A DNA stretch of 64,000 bases from an uncultured Candidatus Saccharibacteria bacterium (GCA_964630055.1 CAZVRA010000002.1:79021-143020), one strand, 5' to 3'; shown: positions 9,091 through 19,596, numbered from the stretch's first letter. Notes: a model not told the origin generated them from the sequence alone. Numbers and translations: made by a program.

Positions 9091-10303
9091 GCAGCTAAAA
9101 GTATTGCAACCAGATTGTCGCTTAATTTATGTTATTGGTCACGATGATGCTCTAGTTGAATTGCCAAGAGATTCGGCGTTTATTGATGATGTATTCGGCA
9201 TTTCTGCTGGAAAGTTTAGACGCTATCATGGAGAAGGCTGGCGTCAATTGCTTGATATAAACACAATGTTCAAAAATATCCGCGATTTATTTAGAGTAAT
9301 GGTGGGCTTTTTTCAGTCGATAAAATTAATAAATCGTCAAAAACCGGCGGTTATTTTTATAAAGGGTGGATTTGTTGGCGTGCCTGTTGGTTTGGCGGCC
9401 GCGCTGTTGGGTGTGCCATACATTACTCACGACTCTGACGCAATTCCTGGACTGGCCAACCGGTTAATTGGCCGATGGGCTTTGGCTCATGCGGTAACCA
9501 GTGAATTGGGCAGCTACCCATATAAAAAGCACAAAATAGTCCACACTGGCGTGCCCGTAAACCCGCTATTTAGGACACCTAGCAGCAAGCAGCAACAGCT
9601 TTGGAGGCAAGAGTTAGGCATTGGTCCAAAAGATCCGGTTCTGTGCGTTACGGGAGGTGGTTTGGGCGCAACTCGTCTTAATAATCTGATAGTTGCTAGT
9701 GTTGCTAATTTGATGGCAGATTACCCTAAACTTTGGGTCTTGCATATGGCTGGACCTGGCAAAGAAAAAGATTTGGCGGCAGAGTACACGCAGGCGTTAT
9801 CGAGCGGTGAGGCTGGCAGTAGTGGAGCCGGCAGGCAGATACCAGATGATTGGCAGGGCCGGGTGCTAATTCGAGGATTCGTACCCGATTTGTATCGATA
9901 TAGCGGAGTAGCGGATGTAGTGGTGGCAAGGGCAGGGGCTAATAGCTTAGCCGATTTTGCCTTGCAGGGTAGGGCCTGCGTTATTGTGCCCAACCCCAAT
10001 TTAACCGGTGGCCATCAAACAAAAAATGCCCAAATAATTGCCAAAAAACACGCTGTTATGGTGGTTGAAGAAAAAGAAATCGCTCAACATGGAGCGAGTG
10101 TTTTGACATCGGCAATAGATAAGCTTTTGTCGTCAGAAACAGAGCGCAACCGGCTTAGTGCTGCCTTTAAGTCCGAGTCTCAACCAGATGCAGCTAGGAC
10201 GTTAACTCAATTAATTTTGGCACACATCAAGATTAACAAAGATTTTAATAAAAAATATGATGGGGTGGTAGATGATGCTGGGTCGGTTCAAGAAGAAGAC
10301 TAG
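9026..10303 (+). CDS. murG: UDP-GlcNAc:lipid I N-acetylglucosamine transferase MurG
   Basis: N-terminal GGGSGGHITP loop and C-terminal GT28 domain (ARAGANSLADF). 65-nt overlap with the ftsW end. Confidence 0.85.
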   Translation: MTILLVGGGSGGHITPVLAVAEQLKVLQPDCRLIYVIGHDDALVELPRDSAFIDDVFGISAGKFRRYHGEGWRQLLDINTMFKNIRDLFRVMVGFFQSIKLINRQKPAVIFIKGGFVGVPVGLAAALLGVPYITHDSDAIPGLANRLIGRWALAHAVTSELGSYPYKKHKIVHTGVPVNPLFRTPSSKQQQLWRQELGIGPKDPVLCVTGGGLGATRLNNLIVASVANLMADYPKLWVLHMAGPGKEKDLAAEYTQALSSGEAGSSGAGRQIPDDWQGRVLIRGFVPDLYRYSGVADVVVARAGANSLADFALQGRACVIVPNPNLTGGHQTKNAQIIAKKHAVMVVEEKEIAQHGASVLTSAIDKLLSSETERNRLSAAFKSESQPDAARTLTQLILAHIKINKDFNKKYDGVVDDAGSVQEED

Positions 10304-11210
10304 TAGTCAGTCTCGACAAATACGAGGCCAGATAGAGCGCTTTGGCAATAAGGGCTCAGCAGGTGCTTTTTCGTATCATGCCAGTCGACGAATACCTGAC
10401 AGCAACGCACAAACGGGTCGTAGCAAGAGCCAAAGCCGACCGGTCAGGCGATTGCCCTGGGTCGGCTTGGTTGCGACTGCATCTATAGTATTACTGTTTC
10501 TGGGTTTTTTGTTGCCCCTGAATGCTAACAGCAAAATTGTAGTGGTTAAAAATAACGATAATCTAGTTATGGTTCGTGATGAGCAGGAATACAAAAAAGC
10601 TGCCGACCAGCTGTTAGGTCAATCAATCATTAGTCGAAATAAGATAACATTTGATCACCAGGCGTTTAGTAAAGCTATGTTGGATCGATTTCCGGAACTT
10701 TTGGCTGCCGATGTTGGTCTGCCAGTAGTCGGTCAAACTCCTACGATACGGCTGGTTGCGTCTCCATCTGTGCTTAGAATGCGGCTGGGTAACGGCGACC
10801 AAACTATTCTGCTCGATAAGCGCGGCCGTGTATTAATGCCAATTAGTGCAGTCATTGGGCGTAAGGATGAGTTGGAGCGGTTGCCTTTGGTAATTGATGA
10901 TACTGCTTCTGCCCCAGCGGAAATGGGCAAGAATGTTATGTCTACGCAGAGTGTGCAGTTTATTAAATCTTTTACCGAACAACTAGCGGCCAAGAATATA
11001 TCGGTTAATCTTGTTAAGATGACTGGTCAGGCTAGCGAAGTTCGTTTTGAGCCAACAGGGCAGAGGTACTTCGTTAAGGCCAGTTTAATGACCGACCCCA
11101 GGGTGGCAGCGGGGGAGTATATGGCAGTTAAGCAAAAGCTGTCGGCCGATAAAAAAGAGCCGACGGAATACATTGATGTGCGTGTAGAAGAAAGAGTTTT
11201 TGTTAAGTAA
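10272..11210 (+). CDS. ftsQ: FtsQ/DivIB-like cell-division protein
   Basis: Follows murG. Basic N-terminal tail, one TM (VGLVATASIVLLFLGFLLPL) and a POTRA-sized extracytoplasmic domain. Confidence 0.5.
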   Translation: MMLGRFKKKTSSQSRQIRGQIERFGNKGSAGAFSYHASRRIPDSNAQTGRSKSQSRPVRRLPWVGLVATASIVLLFLGFLLPLNANSKIVVVKNNDNLVMVRDEQEYKKAADQLLGQSIISRNKITFDHQAFSKAMLDRFPELLAADVGLPVVGQTPTIRLVASPSVLRMRLGNGDQTILLDKRGRVLMPISAVIGRKDELERLPLVIDDTASAPAEMGKNVMSTQSVQFIKSFTEQLAAKNISVNLVKMTGQASEVRFEPTGQRYFVKASLMTDPRVAAGEYMAVKQKLSADKKEPTEYIDVRVEERVFVK

Positions 11211-11632
11211 TTGGTTGTTATCTACACTGCTATCCCCTAGCGTGTTCGCAAAATGTTCAGTTTTAAAAAAAATGATCATTGCTGAAAAACTATACTACAG
11301 CTAATAAACAACAAAAAGTCAAAAAAAACCTTTTTTAGATGGGCTGACGGGGGAAAGCTATTTTTTAGTATGAAAAACTAAAAAGTCAAAAAAATCAAAT
11401 AATCACATGTGGAAAACTTAGCGGGAGCGTGAAATATTTTTGGGATACTGACGTAAATAGATCGCGATAAGGCTACTAATAAATTTGATCTATTGTAGGT
11501 GGCCACCCAAAAGGCCTTAAGTAGTATTTTTTGTAGGAAACTATGCGCAAGCAGGCCCATGCCAAGGCTATCTCCCCTGTAGGGGCGCAAGAGTATAGGT
11601 ATGCGGTTAAGGCCAAGACCACATATATTCGA

Positions 11633-11656
11633 GTCGCACAATATACATTGTGCGAC
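11633..11656. other. perfect 10-bp hairpin in a 0.7-kb non-coding gap
   Basis: gtcgcacaat-atac-attgtgcgac. No adjacent T-run on either strand. Confidence 0.5.
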
Positions 11657-11917
11657 GTCGTGACTATATGTGCTTGTTGGGCTTGTGTTGTCGCGCCTGC
11701 CCCGACCAATGCGTAGTTTATGGATGAGTGCTTTATTAAATAAATCCTTGCCCTATTATTTTTTGATCGTACTTGCTTTTATTCTTGTTTTTGCCTTTTT
11801 TGCTGTTACTTTAAAATTATGCTGTAACACATAATTGTACTTTTATTGCCGCCTAACTAGCTAACGTGCCAAATAGCTGAAACAAGTGTTCGTAAAATGT
11901 TCGGTTAATCTACTTGA

Positions 11918-13036
11918 CTACTTTTGTTTTGTTTTGGCCTTTGACAGGCTATTTGCTGGCGCTTGTTTTTGGCTACCTGCTTTGTTGGTTGCTGCTAATG
12001 ATTCTGCTAAAGAATCCGCTAAAGAGTAAGTGGCTTTGGCGACTCTTTTAAATTGCGGCTTGCCTTGAAGGTTTAGCAGTATGGTAGTTTCTTTGACTTG
12101 GCGACTTTTTAACACGCGCTTAACGATTTCGTCTCTGTGTAATGGTTTTTTGGCTTTTTTAAGTACCTCGGTAATTATGTCGGAGACAGTGCCTTTTTCG
12201 TAGCCCCATTCTTTTAGCGCATAAATGCCGCGACCAATTAGTACAAAACGATGGTCTTTTATAAGCTCGTTGTGAATGGCTTGTGTGGTGACATCTTTGC
12301 GCTTAAAATCCGAAGCCTTTATGGCTTTTGCGATATCGTTAAAGTGCATTGATTTTTTGTTGTCGTGCAGAATTACGTAAATTTTATCGCGGATATTTTT
12401 GGGGTTTACTAGTGGCCAGCGCACCAATCCCCAGCGACCGCCAAGGGTGGCTAGGTGTTTGCTACTACTGGCAACCGACGCTACATGATTGCTGTTATCG
12501 TGCTTAATAGCAGTTGCTACGGCGTCGATTTTTATGGGTTGGCCAATCTTTTTTATGGCAATGATAATTTTGTCGACGAGTTCTTTGAATAATTTTTCGT
12601 CGTGAGCCTCTTTGATGCCGACTGAATGAAAGAAATGGTCGTTGTCGTCGATAACAATAAGCCGTGGGCATAATGTAGCGACAAAAGCTACCCTGGCCTG
12701 CTCGAGGCGGTCGTTGTTGCCAACCAGGCGGTTGGTGAGCTCGTTTAGACGAGCCACGTTGCCGCTGGCTTGTAGCTCGGTTAAAATAGCCTGCTCCATG
12801 TCGGTGATATGAGGCAGGTCCTTCCCTGTTTCTTTAAGCTTGGTAACTACAGCTTTTTCTAGCTGACGCACGCGTTCTCGGGTGATACCGAGTAGTTCGC
12901 CAATTTGCTCTAGTGTTTCGCGGCGATCGAACAAGCCAAAGCGACGAGAAACGATTTCTCGTTCACGGTCGCGTTCTATGGTGTCTAATATATCTTCTAT
13001 TATCTGTTCTAAGGCCTGTTTGTTGGTGTGTGACAT
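11918..13036 (-). CDS. sigma-70 region-4-like HTH protein with HARE-HTH-like C-terminal domains
   Basis: N-terminus REREIVSRRFGL...TLEQIGELLGITRERVRQLEKAV resembles sigma region 4. Later MHFNDIAKAI...DHRFVLIGRGIYALKEW resembles HARE-HTH (RNAP delta-like). Confidence 0.5.
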   Translation of the reverse strand: MSHTNKQALEQIIEDILDTIERDREREIVSRRFGLFDRRETLEQIGELLGITRERVRQLEKAVVTKLKETGKDLPHITDMEQAILTELQASGNVARLNELTNRLVGNNDRLEQARVAFVATLCPRLIVIDDNDHFFHSVGIKEAHDEKLFKELVDKIIIAIKKIGQPIKIDAVATAIKHDNSNHVASVASSSKHLATLGGRWGLVRWPLVNPKNIRDKIYVILHDNKKSMHFNDIAKAIKASDFKRKDVTTQAIHNELIKDHRFVLIGRGIYALKEWGYEKGTVSDIITEVLKKAKKPLHRDEIVKRVLKSRQVKETTILLNLQGKPQFKRVAKATYSLADSLAESLAATNKAGSQKQAPANSLSKAKTKQK

Positions 13037-13312
13037 TTGTGCCTATCCTTTTCGGGTAGAAGCCTGTCTGCTTATCAAAAAGATTAGAGACGGCCAAATT
13101 ACTGTAAACATCATATAACTATATAACCAAGCATAGAAAAAGTCAATGCCCTTTACTATGTTCTAGCCCCAACCCTCATGGTACCAATATGACTATTTTA
13201 GCAGGTTGTGGCTATTTTTGCATAAAAAGTGTATGTGAATATTACTGCAATATTTATTAGCAACAGATACAAATTTGTGGAAAAGACCTAGTTTTGTGGT
13301 TAATATTTGACA

Positions 13313-16300
13313 TTAAATTAGTCGATTAACGATGTCTTTTTGGAACTGCAATATGCCATTATAGTCACTGGAGTAGTTTTTGGTTGGTGGAAATGAAGCA
13401 TTATTGATGTGTTGCCAAACGGCCTTTATTGTCTGCGAAGTCTGCTCAAGGTCTTCTTTAGTGGGCTTCAGGCCGCGAATTAGCTCTTTGGCGCTGGCTG
13501 CCTCTAGGTAGATTATTTGAGTGTTGATTTCTTTGTTGGTCGCACGACCGCTGCTCTGTATTAATAATGCGTAAAAAAGTAATTGTTGCCTGTGCCGCCA
13601 GGCTTTGACTTGTTTGGTGCGATCTTTGGTGTACAGGCTAGTCAGGGGTTTACCGGTTTTGTAGTCGCTAATTGTTATAGATTCTTTTGTGCTATCGATG
13701 CGGTCTAATTTACCGCGTAAACGCACGCCGCCATCTAGCGTAGCACTAAAAGACTGCTCGGGCAGCCCACCTTTTGCTAGCCAGAAAGTGTCGCTAGAAA
13801 GCAAATGCTCTAGTAAGTCTTGGCCATGCTTTAGGTAGCGTAGATGGTCATTTTGGGGCAAAAATTGCTCCTTGAGACTAGTCTCAAAAGCGTCCAGAGC
13901 GCTGCTGATAACGGCCTTGGGCTTGGCCCCCTGGTTGGTGAATAATTGGGCAATTTCTAGAGCTCTATGCATGCTGTTACCAAAGGCCATATGGGTGGTG
14001 GTTGCGGTTGGTAAGCGCATTATGTGTCGCTCAAAAAAGTAGCTTGGGCCGCCGGCTGTAACGTCCAAAAAATCTAACAAACTGGTTGCTGTAAGATGAA
14101 AATTGTCTATTATAGCGCCCAAACTAGCTTTGGATACAGCTTGATCTAGCCGTGGCCAAGCTAGGCTTTCTTGCAAGACAGCTAACTTGGTGGGCAGGCT
14201 GTTTTTGTCGGCAAAATTGGGTTCAACTACACCGTGCATCAGCGGGCTTTCGGCGACTGGTTGCCCAGCTGTATCTTGACTAAAACTACTAAAGAACAAG
14301 TTGTGTTTGGCGCGGGTGGCTGCTACAAATAAAAGTCTGGCGTAATCATCGGCATTTTCGCCAGCTGGCTGAAGCGGTAAATTTAGTGGGGGCTTGCGGC
14401 CACCGGCCACCGGTTTCCAGCTGTTGTCGACGACATCAATTATATAAACTGTATCAAACTCTAGGCCTTTGGCCTTGTGAACTGTCATTAGGTGAACCGG
14501 CCGCTCGCCAGTAATAAACATAGATTCATCGGCAATTATTTGCTCGGAATCTAGGCACAGCTGTAAGAAATCAATAAAATTATCCAGGGTCGGTTGATTT
14601 GTGCGGCTATAGCTAACAGTCAATTCTTGTAAAAGCCTAATGGCCGAAAGCGCTCTTATGTGGTCGGAAGTTGTTTGTTTGTCGGGGTTTTGGGTTTGAG
14701 CGTAGTTTGCTATTGGGCTTGTTAGGTATTGACTTGCCCTAAGACCTAAAATGTATTCTAGTATGACTGGTGCTGGCTCGTACGCCGCAGTTTTGGTCAG
14801 CCAAAGTAGCCAATCAGCGATGTTCTTGAGTTGCTTGTTGGAACTTTTTAACATAAATTTAAGCCACTGCGGATTGTGCCGATTGGTTGATGCTAGCTCC
14901 CAAAGTGTGATTGCGGGTATATCCCAGGCCGGATGACGAAGGACTTGCGACAAAAGATGGTTGATTGTTGGCTCGTCGCCACAAGATATGGCTTGCGTCA
15001 ATTGGCCGATATGTAGCACCAACTGCAGTGTAGAATGTTGCAAAACATTGTTTTGCTGCTCGTATGACAGCGGTATATTACGAGCCTGAAGTAGCTCGGC
15101 CATTTTGCGTAAGCTGGTGTGCGATCTGGCCAGCACGGCAATGTTGGCCGGTTGGTTGCCAACAGATTGCCATTGCTCGGCTATCTTGTCTGCAATAGCC
15201 GACAATTGGTGATCGGCGGTCGGATAAATTGTGTAACTTTGCTTATCGCTGGGCAGGCTTTTTATGGTGGCTTTTAGGTCTTTACTAAGCTCTGGCTGGC
15301 GCTTTACGAGCCTATCCTCGGCATGTTCAATAATATTTTGACTAATATTTAATATCTGTTGATTGGATCGATAGTTTTGACTTAGCACCACGGTTTTGGT
15401 TGTGGGATAGCTGTTTTTGAAAGATAACATGTTGTTTAGCTCGGCGCCATTGAACTTGTAAATTGCTTGGTCGTCGTCGCCAACGGCCATAAGGTTTGGC
15501 TTGCCTTCGGCTAATGGATGATCGGAAACTAATTGGGCTAGCCGCAATTGGGCGGCATTGGTGTCTTGAAATTCATCGATCAAAACGTACATAAACTGCT
15601 CCTGCACCATGGCTCGCATATCGCTATGATTTTCTAGTTGCGAAATTACCTCTATGATCATGTCGCTGTAGTCGTAATAGCCTTGTTGATGCAATTTGTT
15701 GCGGTAGGATTTATAAACATCGTTGAGGGCTAGCCACCATTCATTGCGCTGACGTTCGCTAAACATGCAGTGTTTGCCGTTTATATTTTGGACCAAAGAT
15801 TTTTTCCATTTACCGGTGTTGGTAGTTTTGTTGCTACCACTGTCTCGGTCTATGGCTGCAGCTAATGAGTCTTTGATCACCTGCCCCATATCGCGTAGTG
15901 GTGCCATGGAATTATTAATTCCCTGGTTCGGTAGAGCGTTTACGGCCGTTTGGAGCTGTGTGAGTTTTTTATAGCTCAGTGGCTGAGCGCATATTTTTGC
16001 TAATTCTGGTTCGATGACGTCGATATAGGCCAGATTAGCCTGGACCAAAGCACGCAATTTTTCTGGCGATAGGCCGGCTTCTTTGACCAATTTCAGGCCC
16101 TTTTGCACATCACGGCCAGCCGTAAACGTGCCCGCAAACTTCAGGGCCAAGGGGTTTTTAAGAGGTAGTTTTTGAAGTATGTGTTGAATTATTTCTAACT
16201 GTGAGGCATCGGGAGCAATCGTTAGTCGGGCACCGTTCCAAAAATAGTCTGGGTATTGGTTGATAATTTCGGCTGCAAAACTATGAAAGGTTTTTATTGT

Positions 16301-16579
16301 TACGCTACTGGCCTTTTGTCCGACTAGTTTTAGTAATCGTTCTTGCATGTTGATGGCTGCCTTGTTGGTGAAAGTAAGGCACAAGATTGATGAGGCGTCG
16401 CTGTCGGTGCGGCGCAATATATTGGCTACTCGCAAACTAAGAAGCTGAGTTTTGCCGGTTCCTGGACCAGCCACAACCAGGAGTGGACCATCGATGGTAT
16501 CGACAGCCTGTTTCTGCTCTGGGTTAAGCTTGGCGTACTCGAGCTGGTATTGTTTGTCTAAATCGGGTTTGGCGGGCAT
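13313..16579 (-). CDS. UvrD/PcrA-type superfamily-1 helicase with C-terminal PD-(D/E)XK nuclease domain
   Basis: Walker A AGPGTGKT, DEFQDT motif, QNYRS motif. C-terminal GKLDRID...ISDYKTGK is a RecB/Cas4-like nuclease core. Confidence 0.8.
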   Translation of the reverse strand: MPAKPDLDKQYQLEYAKLNPEQKQAVDTIDGPLLVVAGPGTGKTQLLSLRVANILRRTDSDASSILCLTFTNKAAINMQERLLKLVGQKASSVTIKTFHSFAAEIINQYPDYFWNGARLTIAPDASQLEIIQHILQKLPLKNPLALKFAGTFTAGRDVQKGLKLVKEAGLSPEKLRALVQANLAYIDVIEPELAKICAQPLSYKKLTQLQTAVNALPNQGINNSMAPLRDMGQVIKDSLAAAIDRDSGSNKTTNTGKWKKSLVQNINGKHCMFSERQRNEWWLALNDVYKSYRNKLHQQGYYDYSDMIIEVISQLENHSDMRAMVQEQFMYVLIDEFQDTNAAQLRLAQLVSDHPLAEGKPNLMAVGDDDQAIYKFNGAELNNMLSFKNSYPTTKTVVLSQNYRSNQQILNISQNIIEHAEDRLVKRQPELSKDLKATIKSLPSDKQSYTIYPTADHQLSAIADKIAEQWQSVGNQPANIAVLARSHTSLRKMAELLQARNIPLSYEQQNNVLQHSTLQLVLHIGQLTQAISCGDEPTINHLLSQVLRHPAWDIPAITLWELASTNRHNPQWLKFMLKSSNKQLKNIADWLLWLTKTAAYEPAPVILEYILGLRASQYLTSPIANYAQTQNPDKQTTSDHIRALSAIRLLQELTVSYSRTNQPTLDNFIDFLQLCLDSEQIIADESMFITGERPVHLMTVHKAKGLEFDTVYIIDVVDNSWKPVAGGRKPPLNLPLQPAGENADDYARLLFVAATRAKHNLFFSSFSQDTAGQPVAESPLMHGVVEPNFADKNSLPTKLAVLQESLAWPRLDQAVSKASLGAIIDNFHLTATSLLDFLDVTAGGPSYFFERHIMRLPTATTTHMAFGNSMHRALEIAQLFTNQGAKPKAVISSALDAFETSLKEQFLPQNDHLRYLKHGQDLLEHLLSSDTFWLAKGGLPEQSFSATLDGGVRLRGKLDRIDSTKESITISDYKTGKPLTSLYTKDRTKQVKAWRHRQQLLFYALLIQSSGRATNKEINTQIIYLEAASAKELIRGLKPTKEDLEQTSQTIKAVWQHINNASFPPTKNYSSDYNGILQFQKDIVNRLI

Positions 16580-16614
16580 GTTAATAGTATAGTTGGTTTT
16601 GCTATACTAAGCAT

Positions 16615-17886
16615 ATGCTTATTACAGACATTCTAGCTAGACAAATTTTAGATTCTAGAGGTATGCCCACAGTCGAAGTTGATGTTTTTACCGATGAAGG
16701 CGCCGGAAGAGCCGCCGTGCCATCTGGCGCTTCTACTGGATCCAAAGAGGCCCTAGAAAAGCGTGACGGCGGTCAGGCTTATGGCGGCCAAGGAGTTAGT
16801 CAGGCTGTTAATGCCATTTTGGATATTATTAAACCGGTCCTGATTGGTCACTCGGCCGATGACCAATCGGGCATAGATAAAAAGCTTCAGGAGCTTGATG
16901 GTACCGATAGCAAATCAAACCTTGGTGCCAATGCTACTCTTGCTGTTAGTTTGGCGGCGGCTATAGCTGCTGCCGACTCTGAACATAAACCGCTGTATGC
17001 GTATTTGCAGAAGTATTTTTCTGGGGCCGACCCTAAACTACCTATGCCAATGTGCAACGTTATGAACGGCGGCAAGCATGCTTTGCTTGGTAGCGACATC
17101 CAGGAAATGATGATTGTGCCAATTTCGGCCAAAACATTTGGCCATGCTATGCAGATTGTGGTTGAAGTATACCAGCATCTCAAGAAAATACTGGCTCAAA
17201 AACGTCTAACTACTTTACTGGGCGATGAAGGTGGATTCGCACCCTCCCTGCCCTCTAATCGCGCGGCGCTAGACTTGTTGATGGAGGCTATATCTGGGGC
17301 TGGTTACCAGCCTGGCAAGGACGTTGCATTAGCCTTGGACGTGGCTGCTTCGGAGCTATTTGATGAACAAACTAAAACTTACAATTTTGCCCGCGATAAA
17401 CAGCGCTATACAACCGATGGGTTGATAGCTTGGTATGCTCAGTTGCTAGATCAATACCCAATTGTATCTATAGAAGATGGGCTTGATGAGGCCGACTGGG
17501 ATGGATGGCAGATTTTTACTAAACAATTGGGCGATAGAATTTCGTTGGTTGGTGACGACCTGCTTGTAACAAATCAGCAATTTTTGCAAAGGGCTATCGA
17601 CCAGCATGTTGCTAATGCCGTGCTGATAAAGCCTAATCAGATTGGGACTTTGAGCGAGACCATAGCTACTATGAAATTGGCCCAACGCAACAGTTATAAA
17701 CAAATTGTTTCGCATCGTTCTGGCGAGACCGAGGATGTTTTTATTGCCCATTTGGCTGTGGCTAGTGGCTGTGGTTTAATTAAAACCGGCGCTCCTGCTA
17801 GGGGTGAGCGAACTGCAAAATACAATGAATTGATTAGAATTGCAGAAGAACTAAATAATCAGCCTCTTGCTAACCCATTTGTCTAG
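16615..17886 (+). CDS. eno: enolase
   Basis: Full-length match to the enolase pattern (ILDSRGMPTVEVDV, SHRSGETED, IKTGAPARGERTAKYN). Confidence 0.95.
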   Translation: MLITDILARQILDSRGMPTVEVDVFTDEGAGRAAVPSGASTGSKEALEKRDGGQAYGGQGVSQAVNAILDIIKPVLIGHSADDQSGIDKKLQELDGTDSKSNLGANATLAVSLAAAIAAADSEHKPLYAYLQKYFSGADPKLPMPMCNVMNGGKHALLGSDIQEMMIVPISAKTFGHAMQIVVEVYQHLKKILAQKRLTTLLGDEGGFAPSLPSNRAALDLLMEAISGAGYQPGKDVALALDVAASELFDEQTKTYNFARDKQRYTTDGLIAWYAQLLDQYPIVSIEDGLDEADWDGWQIFTKQLGDRISLVGDDLLVTNQQFLQRAIDQHVANAVLIKPNQIGTLSETIATMKLAQRNSYKQIVSHRSGETEDVFIAHLAVASGCGLIKTGAPARGERTAKYNELIRIAEELNNQPLANPFV

Positions 17887-17919
17887 CTTTGGTAAACCGC
17901 TTATGGCATACTATTAGCA

Positions 17920-19578
17920 ATGGCTAATATTTATATTTTTGATGCCCACAGCTTGGATCAAAAGCAACTAACCGAATTACTAACTTTGGATGACCATCAT
18001 GTTGTAAAATTTATACCAGAGAGTTTAACGTCCAAAAACGTGCCTAGTGACGCCGAAATAATCAGCATATTTGTGTCTAGTGTTGTTAGCGAGGAGATGT
18101 TGGTGGCAATGCCCCATTTGCGGTTGATTGCCTGCCGTTCGACCGGTTTTGACAACGTGGCCATGGCTGCGGCTACTGAGCGCGGAATCGTGGTTAGCAA
18201 TGTGCCGTCTTATGGCGATCATACAGTTGCCGAGTATGCCTTTACCCTGTTGCTAGCCCTGGTGCGCAAACTACCGGCTGAGCTCGCAGAAACCAAGGCG
18301 GGCGACACCAGCTACGAGAATGTTATTGGCAATGATCTGAATGGCAAAACACTTGGTGTAATTGGTGCTGGCCGAATTGGCCAGCGAACACTAGCAATTG
18401 GTCGTGGTTTTGGTATGAAGCTACTGGCTTTTGACCCCTATAAAAACGACAATCTTGCTGAGCAGCTCGAATTCACTTATGCGGAGCTGGATGACCTTTT
18501 GAAGCAAGCTGATTTTATTAGCCTGCACGTACCAATGACGGCCGCCAACAAGCACCTGATTGATGCCGAAAAGCTAGCTCTAATGAAGCCTGGGGCGATT
18601 GTAATTAACACTGCTAGGGGCGAGCTTATAGATACCCAGGCGCTGATAGAGTCGTTACAGTCTGGCCACTTGGGGGGCGCCGCGTTGGACGTACTAGAAG
18701 GCGAGAAATTGCTTTCGGTGCAAGAATCGTTGGCGCTGATGCGCAATGAGCGTGCGCCAGAAGAACAGTTAGAACATCAGCTAAAAATTGATATTTTGCT
18801 AAAGATGCCCAATGTAATTTTGACTAGTCACAACGCATTCAACACCGCTGAGGCTATTTACAGGATAAATTCGACTACTGCTGATAATATTAAAAATTAT
18901 CTTGCCGGCCGTTCTGGCAATGTTGTTAAAGCTCCATCTGCCGAAAACGGTACGCTTTATGTGGTGCGTCATGGTGAGTCGGAATGGAACGCTCTTGGTG
19001 TTTGGACCGGCTCTAGGGATGTTCATTTGTCCGAAAAAGGTTTTCATGAAGCTGCCCTTTTGGGCCGTGCTTTTGCGGACATCAAGATCGATCAGGCCTA
19101 TACTTCGCAGCAAATTAGGGCTCTGGAGACACTAGAAGGTATTTTAGGGGCTTCGCAACAGTTCGATGTGCCATTTGAACGGTCAAAAGCTCTAAACGAG
19201 CGTGACTATGGCCAGTACACGGGCAAAAACAAGTGGCAGGTGCGCGACATGATTGGCGAAGAAGCATTTAACCATGTGCGACGAGATTGGGATTACCCGG
19301 TGCCAGGTGGCGAAACGCTAAAAATGGTTTCTGATCGAGTCGTGCCCTTTTACCAGAAAAAAATTGTGCCCAAATTGACCGAGGGCAAAACTGTCTTGAT
19401 TGTTTCTCATGGCAATGCTATTCGCTCGCTCATGAAGCACATAGAAGGAGTTAGCGATAGCGGTATAGCAGAAATAGAAATGCCGATTGGCAATATAATT
19501 AAATATTCAATCGACAATGCCGGTCATTTAGTCGAAAAAGACGTCGTGACTATAGAAACTACGCCTTCCGCCGCCTAA
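17920..19578 (+). CDS. fusion: D-isomer-specific 2-hydroxyacid dehydrogenase (N) :: 2,3-BPG-dependent phosphoglycerate mutase (C)
   Basis: N-terminal NAD fold GVIGAGRIGQ with catalytic R/E/H context (NTARGELID, DVLEGE, LTSHNAF). C-terminal LYVVRHGESEWN and IVSHGNAIRSL histidine-phosphatase motifs. Confidence 0.75.
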   Translation: MANIYIFDAHSLDQKQLTELLTLDDHHVVKFIPESLTSKNVPSDAEIISIFVSSVVSEEMLVAMPHLRLIACRSTGFDNVAMAAATERGIVVSNVPSYGDHTVAEYAFTLLLALVRKLPAELAETKAGDTSYENVIGNDLNGKTLGVIGAGRIGQRTLAIGRGFGMKLLAFDPYKNDNLAEQLEFTYAELDDLLKQADFISLHVPMTAANKHLIDAEKLALMKPGAIVINTARGELIDTQALIESLQSGHLGGAALDVLEGEKLLSVQESLALMRNERAPEEQLEHQLKIDILLKMPNVILTSHNAFNTAEAIYRINSTTADNIKNYLAGRSGNVVKAPSAENGTLYVVRHGESEWNALGVWTGSRDVHLSEKGFHEAALLGRAFADIKIDQAYTSQQIRALETLEGILGASQQFDVPFERSKALNERDYGQYTGKNKWQVRDMIGEEAFNHVRRDWDYPVPGGETLKMVSDRVVPFYQKKIVPKLTEGKTVLIVSHGNAIRSLMKHIEGVSDSGIAEIEMPIGNIIKYSIDNAGHLVEKDVVTIETTPSAA

Positions 19579-19596
19579 AACCTATTTTATTATTTT

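Noticed and set aside
11341-11720. A tmRNA-like beginning (gggctgacggggg) and a possible acceptor-like end (gccccgacca).
   Set aside because: There is no T-loop (GGTTCGA-type), no complementary acceptor strands and no tag-reading-frame signature. RNase P (GAGGAAAGTCC, ACAGAA...GGCTTA) and SRP (GGAAGCAGCC) motifs are also absent.
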